From Dehalococcoidia bacterium (GTDB lineage: Bacteria > Chloroflexota > Dehalococcoidia > Bin125), in NCBI GenBank assembly GCA_965221065.1, contig OZ244861.1:2867956-2931955 (forward strand): a stretch of DNA of 64,000 nucleotides. The letters run 5' to 3'. Of the stretch, positions 52,190 through 61,615 are shown piece after piece; the first letter of the stretch is position 1, and the number at the start of each line of letters is the position of its first letter. The notes under the pieces were generated by a model. It ran no database searches. It was given only the letters and a program-made list of their open reading frames with translations, and was not told the origin of the DNA. Both the position numbers and the translations under genes were made by a program.

Positions 52190-52726
52190 ATGGCCGACTT
52201 GTTCGCCGATCAACTGCGCGCCGAACTCGACGGCATCCAGACGGAGTTGGAGCGCCTCGCCGCAAGACGCCGGCTGGTCGAGGAGTTGCTGAGCCTGGAG
52301 TCCGGCGGCCCCGTCCCGAGCGCGGCCGCCCAGCCGCGGAACCAAGCTGCGGTCAGGAAACCCGCGCCACCGGCCCAGCGCCGGCGGCTGCCGCGCGGGC
52401 TGGTCTCGGGCAAGATCCGCGAGTTCCTCGGTCAGCAGCGCGATCCGGTCCACGCCACCGGAATCCTGGCCTACCTGGAGCAGCACGATGCGGCGCCGCG
52501 CTCAGCCAAGCCGATGGCCAACCTGCAATCCGCCCTGCAGCGGCTCAAGGAGATGGGCGAAGTTGAGAACACGGGCCGCAACCACTGGCGGCTGCGCTCC
52601 GCCGAGCCCGAGGCGGCCGCGCCGAGTGCGCCGGTGTCGGCTGCGGCTCCGCCCGTTTCGGCTCCCGCCCCGCCGGTCGTCACCTCGACCACGAGGTTCG
52701 GCTCAGCGCCGTCGGCCAACCGCTGA
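52190..52726 (+). CDS. Hypothetical protein, possible winged-helix regulator
   Basis: N-terminal coiled segment then KIREFLGQQRDPVHATGILAYLEQ (wHTH-like); Ala/Pro-rich low-complexity tail. Confidence 0.45.
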   Translation: MADLFADQLRAELDGIQTELERLAARRRLVEELLSLESGGPVPSAAAQPRNQAAVRKPAPPAQRRRLPRGLVSGKIREFLGQQRDPVHATGILAYLEQHDAAPRSAKPMANLQSALQRLKEMGEVENTGRNHWRLRSAEPEAAAPSAPVSAAAPPVSAPAPPVVTSTTRFGSAPSANR

Positions 52727-52964
52727 TCGCGAGCCTGGCAGCCGCCCCATTCGGGCGCCAGTCCAGCTGAGTGAGCCGCGCCCCACCCGAGGCTCCGCTC
52801 CGACTGAACGCCGTCTTCGCCCTACCGGTCTTCCTTTCCACGCCGCACCTGAAATCGACGACATGGCGAGAGAGAGAGAGAGGGCTTGAGGGCGATCGCT
52901 CTGATCCCGAACCAGACGACCGATGGCCTGAGTTCTCGACCAGCGCTCGGGATACCTCCGCTTG

Positions 52965-54287
52965 TCACCCGCCAGCAGAACGCGGCGAAGGACGCCACAA
53001 GCCGGATTCGGCCTCGATCAACTGCTGAGCAACGTCGACTGCACTGCGCTTGCCCTGCTTGACCGATCTCCACTGCTGGTACAGGTCGGTCGTCAACACG
53101 CACACGGCGCCAACGACCTGAGCGGTGTCCTCGACGTTCTTGTCGGGGGCCGGTCGGATTGACGGGTCCATCTCGCGGTGTGGGTTGACGACCCACAGGG
53201 TCAGATCCGGCTCTCGACCCCTTTCAGATTGGTAGTGGTCTCGGTGCATCCGAACCTGCCGGGCGTGATTGGTCTTGACGCCCTTGGCGTAACCCTTGAT
53301 CTCGACGATGGCTTCCCATCCGGGCCGGTCAGCGAGCGTGAGCCGAAGGTCTTCATGCTTCGCTTCGCTTGGCTGCTTCTCCTGGTCCATCTCCACGACC
53401 GTGAAGCCGATCTCCTCCAGTATCCCGCAGACTGCGGCCACCAGTTCGTCGCCGTCGTTCCAAATGGCGCGCCGGACGCTCGCGTCGGCGACGTTTCTTG
53501 CTCGGACCTGTTCCTCTTCGACCTGTGCGTGTTCGTCTCTCAACCGCTCCATCTGGCGCTCGATTTCCGCGAGTCGCTCCGCGAGAGCGCTCTCCTCCGG
53601 CGTGTACCAGGCCGACAGGTCCCCGAGCCGGCCGGGCGGCTCCGGGACCCGTTCGGGGTCGAACTCGCTGATGTCGGCCAGGAACGCCCTGAACCACTGT
53701 GAGAGATCTGATACCTCGGGTAGGAACAGGGCGATCGTGTCGACACCTGCAGCCGCAGGGCGTTCGCCCCAATCTCGCTCGGCCCACTGCAGTCGCAACG
53801 CCACCGGATTGTCGATCGAGGTCACGACCAGGGGCTGTCGAAGCAACTCGCCCGCATTCGTCGCGACGACCGTTGGCGGCGGCAGTTCGGCGGCACTCAG
53901 CTCCTTGATGAGCTGCTCCACCAAGTCCCAGTACATCGGCAGAGACTGAGGGGAAATGCTCAACTCTCGCTCCCGATTACGCTCGTCCATCCTCACGAGT
54001 TCTCGAAACTCAGGCGGCGGTCGATCAAAGATCGGGTGCCGGAAGCCCAGCGACACCTGTCCCATCGTGATGAGATGCACGCCAGCATCGATCTCGAGCC
54101 GATCGGGGCGGCTCGCCACGACGACATCCGTTTCGGACCAGCTGTAGCGCTGCAGATACGCTTCCACCGTGTGTGCCGGCCTGAGGTCGCCGCAGTACGG
54201 GCGGATCGCCTCTAGCGGAGACTCGTTGAGTCCGAGCGCCGCAACTCTCAGGCGGTTCGTTTTCGTCGTCGACCATCTCGCGGTCAT
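52965..54287 (-). CDS. Hypothetical 440-aa protein with C-terminal PD-(D/E)xK-like nuclease motif
   Basis: ELVAAVCGILEEIGFTVVEMD..DLRLTLADRPGWEAIVEIKGYAKG gives E..D..E-I-K spacing like restriction-endonuclease-fold (NERD/Shedu-like) domains; the N-terminal 250 aa are unassigned. Confidence 0.5.
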   Translation of the reverse strand: MTARWSTTKTNRLRVAALGLNESPLEAIRPYCGDLRPAHTVEAYLQRYSWSETDVVVASRPDRLEIDAGVHLITMGQVSLGFRHPIFDRPPPEFRELVRMDERNRERELSISPQSLPMYWDLVEQLIKELSAAELPPPTVVATNAGELLRQPLVVTSIDNPVALRLQWAERDWGERPAAAGVDTIALFLPEVSDLSQWFRAFLADISEFDPERVPEPPGRLGDLSAWYTPEESALAERLAEIERQMERLRDEHAQVEEEQVRARNVADASVRRAIWNDGDELVAAVCGILEEIGFTVVEMDQEKQPSEAKHEDLRLTLADRPGWEAIVEIKGYAKGVKTNHARQVRMHRDHYQSERGREPDLTLWVVNPHREMDPSIRPAPDKNVEDTAQVVGAVCVLTTDLYQQWRSVKQGKRSAVDVAQQLIEAESGLWRPSPRSAGG

Positions 54288-54594
54288 TGCTCAGGCGGGC
54301 CATTCCTCGGATGCCGGCGCTCAGACGTACGGGCGGCCGGATCGAGTCCACCATGGTGTTGGTCAAACCGGAACACCGGCAGACTCCCCAGGTTTAGGCT
54401 ATCGCCTCTCCATGCCCGGAGGCTCCGACTTCCACGCACTCCTGCCGTCTTGCGCCCGTGTCGGCGCGGACAACAGGGGCCTCCACCAGCTCGCACCGAG
54501 CCGGACTCGGCCGGGCGCGCAATCCGGCCAGCGCGCAGACGACGCTCTCCGTACCCGCCATCGTCGCAACGTGCGCCTGACTGGTCCGGCGCGG

Positions 54595-54864
54595 CTAGTC
54601 GTGTGGCTCGGCCAGCCGGGCGAATAGCCAGAGCTTGCAGGTCTCGCACCAGAACAGGCCGCGCTCAACCGGGGCGTCGCTGCGGGGCGCGACCAATCGC
54701 TGCAGCAAGACGAGATGGCCGGCCTGTCCCCAGTCATCCAGATCGGCCGAGACGCTGCGCTCGACGTGCACCTGCGCGTCCAGCGCGCGCTGCGCGGCCA
54801 CTGCCGCCGTTCCCGGCTCCGGCCCGGCGTCGGTCACGGAATCGTTCAGCTTCATCCTCAGCAC
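54595..54864 (-). CDS. Small protein (89 aa) with LFWCETC motif; paralog of 54995..55219
   Basis: Shares LFWCE(T/S)C and the nucleotide stretch ctcgcaccagaacag with the neighbouring small ORF. Confidence 0.45.
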   Translation of the reverse strand: MLRMKLNDSVTDAGPEPGTAAVAAQRALDAQVHVERSVSADLDDWGQAGHLVLLQRLVAPRSDAPVERGLFWCETCKLWLFARLAEPHD

Positions 54865-54994
54865 CTCCGCGCCGCACGATAGCGCCGGGCGCCGCTACAG
54901 ACTGCGGATCGAACCGGCCGGCCGATCGCTCAGGTCGTCCCCACCCGGTTCGCCTGCCGCGCTCGGGCTGACCCGCGACCCGCCCGCCCTCGTC

Positions 54995-55219
54995 CTACCG
55001 GACCCCCGCCTCGCTCAGCACCAGCAGTTGCGAGACGTGGCAGCTCTCGCACCAGAACAGACAGCTGAGCGAGTTCGGCGCGCCGGACTTGCGGCGGACC
55101 CATTCCAGCTGGACGTCGCAGTCGGAGTGGCCCCAGCGCTGCAGTTCAAGCGCGGCCGCGCGCGCCAGACCCCGCAGCCTCGCCTCGTCGCCCGCGAGTT
55201 CGGGCCGGGCCCGCGCCAA
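54995..55219 (-). CDS. Small protein (74 aa) with LFWCESCH motif; paralog of 54595..54864
   Basis: Tandem paralog with a CxxC-containing C-terminus. Confidence 0.45.
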   Translation of the reverse strand: MARARPELAGDEARLRGLARAAALELQRWGHSDCDVQLEWVRRKSGAPNSLSCLFWCESCHVSQLLVLSEAGVR

Positions 55220-55984
55220 TGCATCCGCAAGTCGCTCGCTCGCGTTCGCGCGCCGCGCCGCCTCTCCAGTCTCAGGATGAGGAGGATACCCAGACCCGCC
55301 GGCGCGGATCTCGGCTGCAACAGTGTCGTCTGTTGAACATTCGTGCGGGCACAGGCCCCGCGAACCTGCCTAGCGCCGTTGCGATCCGCAGTCGAGCGGG
55401 GTACTACTGGAGGTGGTTTCCGGCTTTTGCCAGTCGTTCTTCCTGAGAAAACTGGAGGGTTCGTCCTCGACCCGGCACCGCATCTCGGCATTCGAGCCTT
55501 GCTCATCTGAGACGCGGCGCCACTGAGGGACAAGCGCGGCTCCCGCTGCGCGGACCGGCCTCTGCGATCGAGCCTTGCTCTCCAGAACGCCAGTCCAGAA
55601 CGCGGGAACTGACCCCTGGCGGTCGTGCAAGAAACGATGCGCACCGACCGACCGCTCAAGAGCTGAGCCGACGCTCACCCGACCGGACTGCGCTCAACGG
55701 GCAGCCCGGTTGCTTCGTGTTCGCGCCGCCAACGGAATCACGCCGATCCGAGCCGAACGGCGCTTCGGCGGAGGCTCCCCTCCCCATCACACGCACCCCT
55801 TCCTGCGCGCCTCACGGCATCCGGCCCTGGGCGGAGTGCGTCCATCACCCAACACCACCATCACAACGGCAACCACGATGACCCGCGCTCCGGATGCCGG
55901 CGCCGGTCGCCACGCCCATCCACAACCCAGCACCAGAGTCCCACCACCGCACGCACGCGCACTCGCCAATGAAAGGAGCGCAGC

Positions 55985-56551
55985 ATGAGGGACACGAACG
56001 CACACACGTCGAAGGCGACGACCACGAGAACGAGGAGCCGCTACAGCGGCCCCTCGGCCGCCCGGATCGCCGAGATGATCGCGCCGACCCAACGAGTCCG
56101 CTTCGAGCGCGGCTGGTTCTGGACGGCGGCGGTCTGCCACGACTCGGAGCAGGACCTCTTGGCCTTCCGTCAGCGGCCGGACGGCGACGGGATCGATGTC
56201 CGCTGCAAGTCCGCCGGCTGCCGGCGCGAACGGATCATCGAACGACTGGAGACGCTCGCCGGCGAGTCGATCTGGTCCGCCTACGGCGCCGGCGCAGACA
56301 GGTCGAACAGGTCCGAGACGACGAACAAGCCTGATGCGGCGGCGCCCGAACCAAACGAGGGCCGCGAGCGCAACAGGAGCGTCATGCTCCTGCCGCTCGC
56401 GCTGCTGCTGCTGGCAGCGCCGCTGGCGATGGGCTTCGACCTGCATGTCGTCGCCCTCAACGCCTTCGGTCTCTGCTGGGCGGGCGGGCTCGTCCGCCGC
56501 GTCGTCCTCGTCCGACGCGTCGCGCTGGCGAAAGCGGCCCGCCGCCGCTGA
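55985..56551 (+). CDS. Hypothetical protein (188 aa) with Cys-rich segment and C-terminal TM helix
   Basis: CHDSEQD..CKSAGCRRERIIERL; hydrophobic LLPLALLLLAAPLAMGF; start of the plus-strand gene block. Confidence 0.4.
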   Translation: MRDTNAHTSKATTTRTRSRYSGPSAARIAEMIAPTQRVRFERGWFWTAAVCHDSEQDLLAFRQRPDGDGIDVRCKSAGCRRERIIERLETLAGESIWSAYGAGADRSNRSETTNKPDAAAPEPNEGRERNRSVMLLPLALLLLAAPLAMGFDLHVVALNAFGLCWAGGLVRRVVLVRRVALAKAARRR

Positions 56552-56673
56552 GCGCTCGCACCCGTTCAGACCACTCAAAGGGCCGCCCCCGCCGGGCGGC
56601 CCTTCTTCGTCGCCATCGGGCGACCCACCACCGCAGAGACGCAGTCACACGTCCAAAGCGAAAGGAGACCAAC

Positions 56674-57135
56674 ATGACTGCAGCAACCACCGCGACCGCT
56701 ATCTCGATCCCTCCCAGCCCGACGCTGGAGGAACTGGTCGACCGGCTGATCGACGCCGTCTTCGGCCTCGACCCCGCCGTTCCCGCCCGCACATCGCCGG
56801 CACGCGCGATCCACGAGGCGAGACGCCTCCGGCAGACCGGCGAACTCGACCAGGCGCTCGCCGTCTTCGCCGAGCTCGACCTGGCGGAGGCGACCGAGGG
56901 CGAAATGCGCTGGACCACCGCCGAGTTCCTCGACCTGGCCCGGCGACGCTTCGGCGGCGAAGACGCCCGGCTCTACCGCCAGGGCACGGGACGGGCCGCC
57001 ATCCTCACACCGCTCGACGACGACGAGATGTTCGAAGTCTGCGCCGTCATGGGCATGCGCTGGCGGCCGGGCAAGCTCGTCTCGCGGCGCAGCCTCAGAG
57101 GACTGAGACCCCTGCGTAAAGGCGGTCCCGGATGA
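56674..57135 (+). CDS. Hypothetical protein (153 aa)
   Basis: ATG with a GGAGA-like upstream; its stop overlaps the primase start (ATGA at 57132). Confidence 0.45.
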   Translation: MTAATTATAISIPPSPTLEELVDRLIDAVFGLDPAVPARTSPARAIHEARRLRQTGELDQALAVFAELDLAEATEGEMRWTTAEFLDLARRRFGGEDARLYRQGTGRAAILTPLDDDEMFEVCAVMGMRWRPGKLVSRRSLRGLRPLRKGGPG

Positions 57136-58202
57136 CCACCGCGCACGTCAACGTCGACATCCCGGCGCTCAAGCGACGCCACCCGCTCGGCCCGGTGGTC
57201 GAGGCGGCCGGCGTCGAACTGCGCGGCCGGGGCCGCGTGCGCCAGGGCCTCTGCCCCTTCCACGAGGAGACGGAGGGCAGCTTCACCGTCTACGCCGATA
57301 CGCAGCGTTGGTATTGCTTCGGCTGCGGTCTGGGCGGCGACGTGCTGGACTTCATCCAGCGCACAGACGGCGTCGACCTGCCCGAGGCGATCCGGCGGTT
57401 GGACGCCTCCCCTGAGCGACCAGCAACGACGGCCGCTCCGCCGCCAGCGCCGAGTGCGCCCGAGCCGGTGCCGCTGCGCGACACGGCTCTGCTGACGGCT
57501 GCGTTGCGTTGCTACGCGCGGCAGTTGCAGCTCTGCGAGCCGGCCCAGGCCTACCTCGCTTCGCGCGGGATCTCAGCCGACGCCGGGCGGCGCCTGGGGC
57601 TGGGCTACTCAAGCGGGCATGGGTTGCACTCGTGGCTGACGGACGCCGGCTTCGACGGACGGCGGGTGCTCGACAGCGGCCTGGTCTCGGAGGGCCGCGA
57701 GCGGTTCCGAGGCATGATCGTCGTCCCTGAGTTCGTTGGCGCCTGCCCCGTGCTCAGACACGGGGGTCGCGTCCACTGGCTCGCCGGCCGAGCCCTCCAT
57801 CCCCAGGCAAGGCCGCGCTTCCAGGCGCTGCCCGGATCCAAGCCGGTGCTCGGACTCTCGCGGCTGCCCGCGGCGTCGCCCTGGATCGTCGTCACGGAAG
57901 GCCTGTTCGACTGGCTGCTGCTGGCCGGCTGGGGCCTGCCCGCCGTGGCCGCGCTCGGTACCCAAAGGATGGACCGTCTGGCTTCCTCCCTACAGGACCA
58001 GGCCCGCCTCTTCCTCGCCTTCGACGCCGACGAGGCGGGAGGCGCAGCCGCGAACCAGCTCTCGGACCTGCTCGGCCATCACCGGACCGCGCTCGTGACG
58101 TTGCCTCGGGGCGTGTCCGATGTCGGCGAACTGGGCCGAGACCACCACGGCCGTGCGGTCTTCCTCAGCCTGCTCAACCGAGCGGCGCGCGGCGCGCGCT
58201 AA
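57132..58202 (+). CDS. DNA primase (DnaG-type CHC2 zinc finger plus TOPRIM)
   Basis: CPFHEETEGSFTVYADTQRWYCFGCGLGGDVLDF zinc finger; TOPRIM WIVVTEGLFDWLLLAGWGLPAVAALGTQ..FLAFDADEAG. Confidence 0.8.
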   Translation: MTTAHVNVDIPALKRRHPLGPVVEAAGVELRGRGRVRQGLCPFHEETEGSFTVYADTQRWYCFGCGLGGDVLDFIQRTDGVDLPEAIRRLDASPERPATTAAPPPAPSAPEPVPLRDTALLTAALRCYARQLQLCEPAQAYLASRGISADAGRRLGLGYSSGHGLHSWLTDAGFDGRRVLDSGLVSEGRERFRGMIVVPEFVGACPVLRHGGRVHWLAGRALHPQARPRFQALPGSKPVLGLSRLPAASPWIVVTEGLFDWLLLAGWGLPAVAALGTQRMDRLASSLQDQARLFLAFDADEAGGAAANQLSDLLGHHRTALVTLPRGVSDVGELGRDHHGRAVFLSLLNRAARGAR

Positions 58203-58376
58203 CAGCGACCACCCGGACCGGATTCGTCCCGCCTCCACTCAACAACTCTCCCCACCCACCCACCGAATAGGAGGGCCGCCTATGGCCTCTGGCCGACCGT
58301 GCTCCCGCACGGCTTCACGGTCGCCGGACTCGGCGACCGCAACCACCCGAACCCACCATCCGAACAGGAGCAAGAG

Positions 58377-59345
58377 ATGAACAACGGCAACGGAACTCAC
58401 CGCAACGGAAATGGAACCGCGACGGCGGTTCGACGGAACAGCCCGCCCCCGACTCGATCAGGGAGTAACGGCACGGCGCGAACGGGAGGAAACGGGACCC
58501 GTCCGCGAACGTCCTCGCCCACGCCGGCTGAGCGCGACCTCGCCCCGGCCTCGGTCGAGGCGCTGCACTGGGACGCGCTGGCGCCCCGTGTGACCGAGGC
58601 GCTGGGCCAGCCACTGGACCCCCAGCTGGTCTCCCAGCGCAAGGGCCGCGGCGGGCGCAAGTTCGATTACATAGAAGGCCACACCGCGATCGACCAGGCC
58701 AACCGGATCTTCGGTTTTGGCGGATGGGGCTATGAGCTGGTCGGCGACGTGAGTCTGCGCCCGATCGAGCAGACCGACTCCCGCACGGGCGAAGTGACCA
58801 GCACGCCGGCCTACGCGGCGGTCGTGCGGGTCAGCGTGCCGGGCGCGCCCCCGCGCACCGATGTCGGCTTCCAACCGGTCGCGGAGGAGTCGCCCGAAGG
58901 TCACGAAACGGCGTTCAAAGGTGCGGTCACGGACGCGCTCAAGCGCGCGTTGCGCAGCTTCGGCGACCGCTTCGGCAACGGCCTCTACGGCGACTCGCCG
59001 ACCAACAGCGGGAATCGCCGCGAATCCTCGCGACCGACCGAACGCCAACCGCAGTCCACGGCTGAACGGGAGAGCCAGCCAGCGGAGCGCCGCGGGCCGG
59101 CGCGGCGGGTCGTCCAGCCGGAACACAACGCGGCGCCCCAGCCCGGATCGGACGACGCCCAGATCCTGCGGGGGCAGCTGATCGAGCTGAGCGCCCAGCA
59201 GGGCTTCTCCGAGCAGCAGCTGCGCGACGCCGTCGAGGCCAAGACCGGACGGCCGCTGGACGAACTCGGCCCGGTCGAACTCAACCCGCTGATCGCCTCG
59301 GCCGCGGACAAGCTCGAACGCCGGCGCGCGGCCGAACTGGGCTGA
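58377..59345 (+). CDS. Rad52/Sak-family single-strand annealing protein
   Basis: DYIEGHTAIDQANRIFGFGGWGYE and KGAVTDALKRALRSFGDRFGNGLYGD closely mirror the Rad52 N-terminal domain signature (..AVTDGLKRALRSFGNALGN..); GGAG RBS. Confidence 0.75.
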   Translation: MNNGNGTHRNGNGTATAVRRNSPPPTRSGSNGTARTGGNGTRPRTSSPTPAERDLAPASVEALHWDALAPRVTEALGQPLDPQLVSQRKGRGGRKFDYIEGHTAIDQANRIFGFGGWGYELVGDVSLRPIEQTDSRTGEVTSTPAYAAVVRVSVPGAPPRTDVGFQPVAEESPEGHETAFKGAVTDALKRALRSFGDRFGNGLYGDSPTNSGNRRESSRPTERQPQSTAERESQPAERRGPARRVVQPEHNAAPQPGSDDAQILRGQLIELSAQQGFSEQQLRDAVEAKTGRPLDELGPVELNPLIASAADKLERRRAAELG

Positions 59346-59388
59346 GCCAACCCCTCCCTCCCTACCGGAATCCGGAAAGGAATCCACC

Positions 59389-60450
59389 ATGACCCTGAGC
59401 AACCCCACCCCGGCCCGCAGCCGCTCCTCGGCCTACGACCGGCCGGCGGCGCGGTTCACCGACAACGGCGGCCTGGACATCCGCGCCTCGGCGCTCGGCC
59501 AGTGCCGCCGCGCGCTCTGGTACGCGGCCACCGGGCAGCTCCAGACCAACCCGATGACGGACGAGACCAGGCTCGTGCTCGAAGCCGGACAGGCGCTCGA
59601 ACCAGTCGTCGTGCGGGCCATGCAGCGCACGTTCTGGACGGTCACCCCGTCCGACCCCGAGCAGCCCTGGCGGGTCGAAGTCGAGGCCGGAGCGGGCCTG
59701 GTCGTCAGCGGCCACCCGGACGCGGTTGGCGCGGTCGAGCTGTTCGGCGAGGAACGCGTGATCGAGGTCAAGACGCGCGGCTCGGAAGCGTTCAAGCGCT
59801 GGCGCACCCTGGGGGCCGAGCGCAGCCACCCCGAGTCGGTCGCGCAGGCGGCCTGCTACTCACTGGGCATGTTCGGCGAGTGCCGCGACGTGGTGATCGC
59901 GACCCTCGACACCGGCTCGCGGCAATGGGACTACGAGGTGGTCCCGGCCGCCCGGGCCGAACGCGCCTGGGAGGCGGCCTGCCGCAGGCTGTCGGCCCTG
60001 GCCGAGCACCACGAGGCCTGCGGCCCCGACCCGGAAGCGCTGCCCGAGCGCGACTTCGATGCCTCCGACTGGCAGTGCCAACGCTGTCCCTATCTGAACC
60101 TCTGCCAACCGGGCGAGGCGGCCAACCAGGCCGAGGAGGACCAGGACGAGGCCGAACCGGTCTCGGACGAGGCGGCGCAGACGGCGCTGCGCGAGTACGA
60201 GCAGGCCCAGTCTCAAATCAAGGCGTCCGACGCCGATAAGCGCACGGCGCTCAAGACCCTCCAGCAGTGGCTCGAAACGAAAGGAGAACCCAAGGCCAGG
60301 CTGGAGGGCTCGGCCAAGACCCGCACCGTCGGGATGGTCGCCAGCCGGCGCTACGCGGTCGACCACAAACGGCTCAACGCGCTGCTCGACCCCGAACAGC
60401 GGGCCGAGATCGTGACCGAGCAGGTCTCCGAATACCTGCGGGTCAGCTGA
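59389..60450 (+). CDS. PD-(D/E)xK exonuclease, Cas4/YqaJ-like with C-terminal Cys cluster
   Basis: GHPDAVGAVELFGEERVIEVKTRG gives D..E-x-K; C-terminal CGPD..WQCQRCPYLNLC is a 4-Cys motif like the Cas4/AddB Fe-S clusters; adjacent to the SSAP gene. Confidence 0.65.
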   Translation: MTLSNPTPARSRSSAYDRPAARFTDNGGLDIRASALGQCRRALWYAATGQLQTNPMTDETRLVLEAGQALEPVVVRAMQRTFWTVTPSDPEQPWRVEVEAGAGLVVSGHPDAVGAVELFGEERVIEVKTRGSEAFKRWRTLGAERSHPESVAQAACYSLGMFGECRDVVIATLDTGSRQWDYEVVPAARAERAWEAACRRLSALAEHHEACGPDPEALPERDFDASDWQCQRCPYLNLCQPGEAANQAEEDQDEAEPVSDEAAQTALREYEQAQSQIKASDADKRTALKTLQQWLETKGEPKARLEGSAKTRTVGMVASRRYAVDHKRLNALLDPEQRAEIVTEQVSEYLRVS

Positions 60451-60495
60451 CCTAACACCCCATCGAATCGACGCCCGCTCGACGGGCGCTTCCCA

Positions 60496-60526
60496 GGGCC
60501 GTCTTCCCGCTATCGGAAGACGGCCC
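60496..60526. other. Perfect 12-bp-stem hairpin (gggccgtcttcc cgctatc ggaagacggccc) upstream of ssb copy 1
   Basis: Read directly; preceded by a second small hairpin cgcccg-ctcga-cgggcg; a near-identical copy lies at 61013..61043. Confidence 0.6.
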
Positions 60527-60590
60527 TGCTGGTTCTCTCAATCGGCGCGAACAGTTCGCGCCACCCACGCTCTTCGAAAGGAGCACTCCG

Positions 60591-60962
60591 ATGTCACGCA
60601 CGATCAACCGAGTCGAACTCTTGGGCCGGGTCGGGAGCGATCCCGAGCTGCGCAAGACCCAGAACGGCACCGCCGTCGTCCAGCTGCGGCTGGCGACCGA
60701 CCGCCGCAGCCGGGACGAGTCGGGCGAGAGCCAGACCGACTGGCACACGGTCGTCTGCTGGGACAAGCAGGCCGAGGCCGTGGCCCAGTACGTCCACAAA
60801 GGCGAGCGGGTCTACGTCGCCGGCCGCCTGAACCACCACACCTGGGAGACCGATTCCGGCGAACGCCGCAGCCGCACCGAGGTGCACGCCTCCGAGGTGA
60901 TCTTCCTCGGCTCGTCCAACGGGCGTGGCTCCGAGAACGGAACGGAGGACTCCCCCGTCTAA
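60591..60962 (+). CDS. ssb: Single-stranded DNA-binding protein (copy 1)
   Basis: MSRTINRVELLGRVGSDPELRKTQNGTAV..WHTVVCW..AEAVAQYV.KGERVYVAGRL..W is an OB-fold SSB; AAAGGAG RBS. Confidence 0.88.
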   Translation: MSRTINRVELLGRVGSDPELRKTQNGTAVVQLRLATDRRSRDESGESQTDWHTVVCWDKQAEAVAQYVHKGERVYVAGRLNHHTWETDSGERRSRTEVHASEVIFLGSSNGRGSENGTEDSPV

Positions 60963-61012
60963 CCGACTTTCCACCACGGCAATCCGACGCCCGCGCGACG
61001 GGCGCACAGCCA

Positions 61013-61043
61013 GGGCCGTCTTCCGCCTATCGGATGACGGCCC
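61013..61043. other. Hairpin copy 2 (one stem mismatch) upstream of ssb copy 2
   Basis: gggccgtcttcc gcctatc ggatgacggccc; part of a ~520-bp tandem duplication. Confidence 0.55.
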
Positions 61044-61110
61044 TGCTCGTTCTCTCTACAGGCGCGGGCAAGACCGCGCCAAACACGCTCTTCGAAAGGA
61101 GCACATTCCG

Positions 61111-61482
61111 ATGTCACGCACGATCAACCGAGTCGAACTGCTGGGCCGGGTCGGGAGCGACCCCGAGCTGCGCAAGACACAGAACGGGACCGCCGTCGTC
61201 CAGGTGCGGTTGGCCACCGACCGCCGCAGCCGGGACGAGTCGGGCGAGACCCAGACCGACTGGCACACCGTCGTCTGCTGGGACAAGCAGGCCGAGGCCG
61301 TCGCCCAGTACGTCCAGAAGGGCGAGCGGCTCTACGTCGCCGGTCGCCTCAACCACCACACCTGGGAGACCGACTCTGGCGAACGCCGCAGCCGCACCGA
61401 GGTTCACGCCTCGGAGGTGATCTTCCTCGGTTCCTCGAACGGAACCGGCAGCCGCCCGGCGGCTGGCGAACAGCCCTTCTAG
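61111..61482 (+). CDS. ssb: Single-stranded DNA-binding protein (copy 2, tandem duplicate)
   Basis: Near-identical to copy 1 over the OB-fold domain (a handful of substitutions) and with a different C-terminal tail; same RBS context. Confidence 0.85.
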   Translation: MSRTINRVELLGRVGSDPELRKTQNGTAVVQVRLATDRRSRDESGETQTDWHTVVCWDKQAEAVAQYVQKGERLYVAGRLNHHTWETDSGERRSRTEVHASEVIFLGSSNGTGSRPAAGEQPF

Positions 61483-61615
61483 TCCCCTCCGGCGAACCGA
61501 CGCCTCTCCGCGAGGCGCACCACCCCGCATCAAGTGCGGGGCAGGCGGGGCCGCGCTCCCTCACGGGACGCGGCCCCGCTTCACCTCCAGGCCAACTCAC
61601 GAACGGACACACCCG

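Noticed and set aside
55787-56578. 263-aa minus-strand ORF overlapping 55985..56551(+)
   Set aside because: Gly/Arg/Ala low-complexity translation. The plus-strand ORF has more protein-like features and continues the plus-strand operon. The conflict is not fully resolved.
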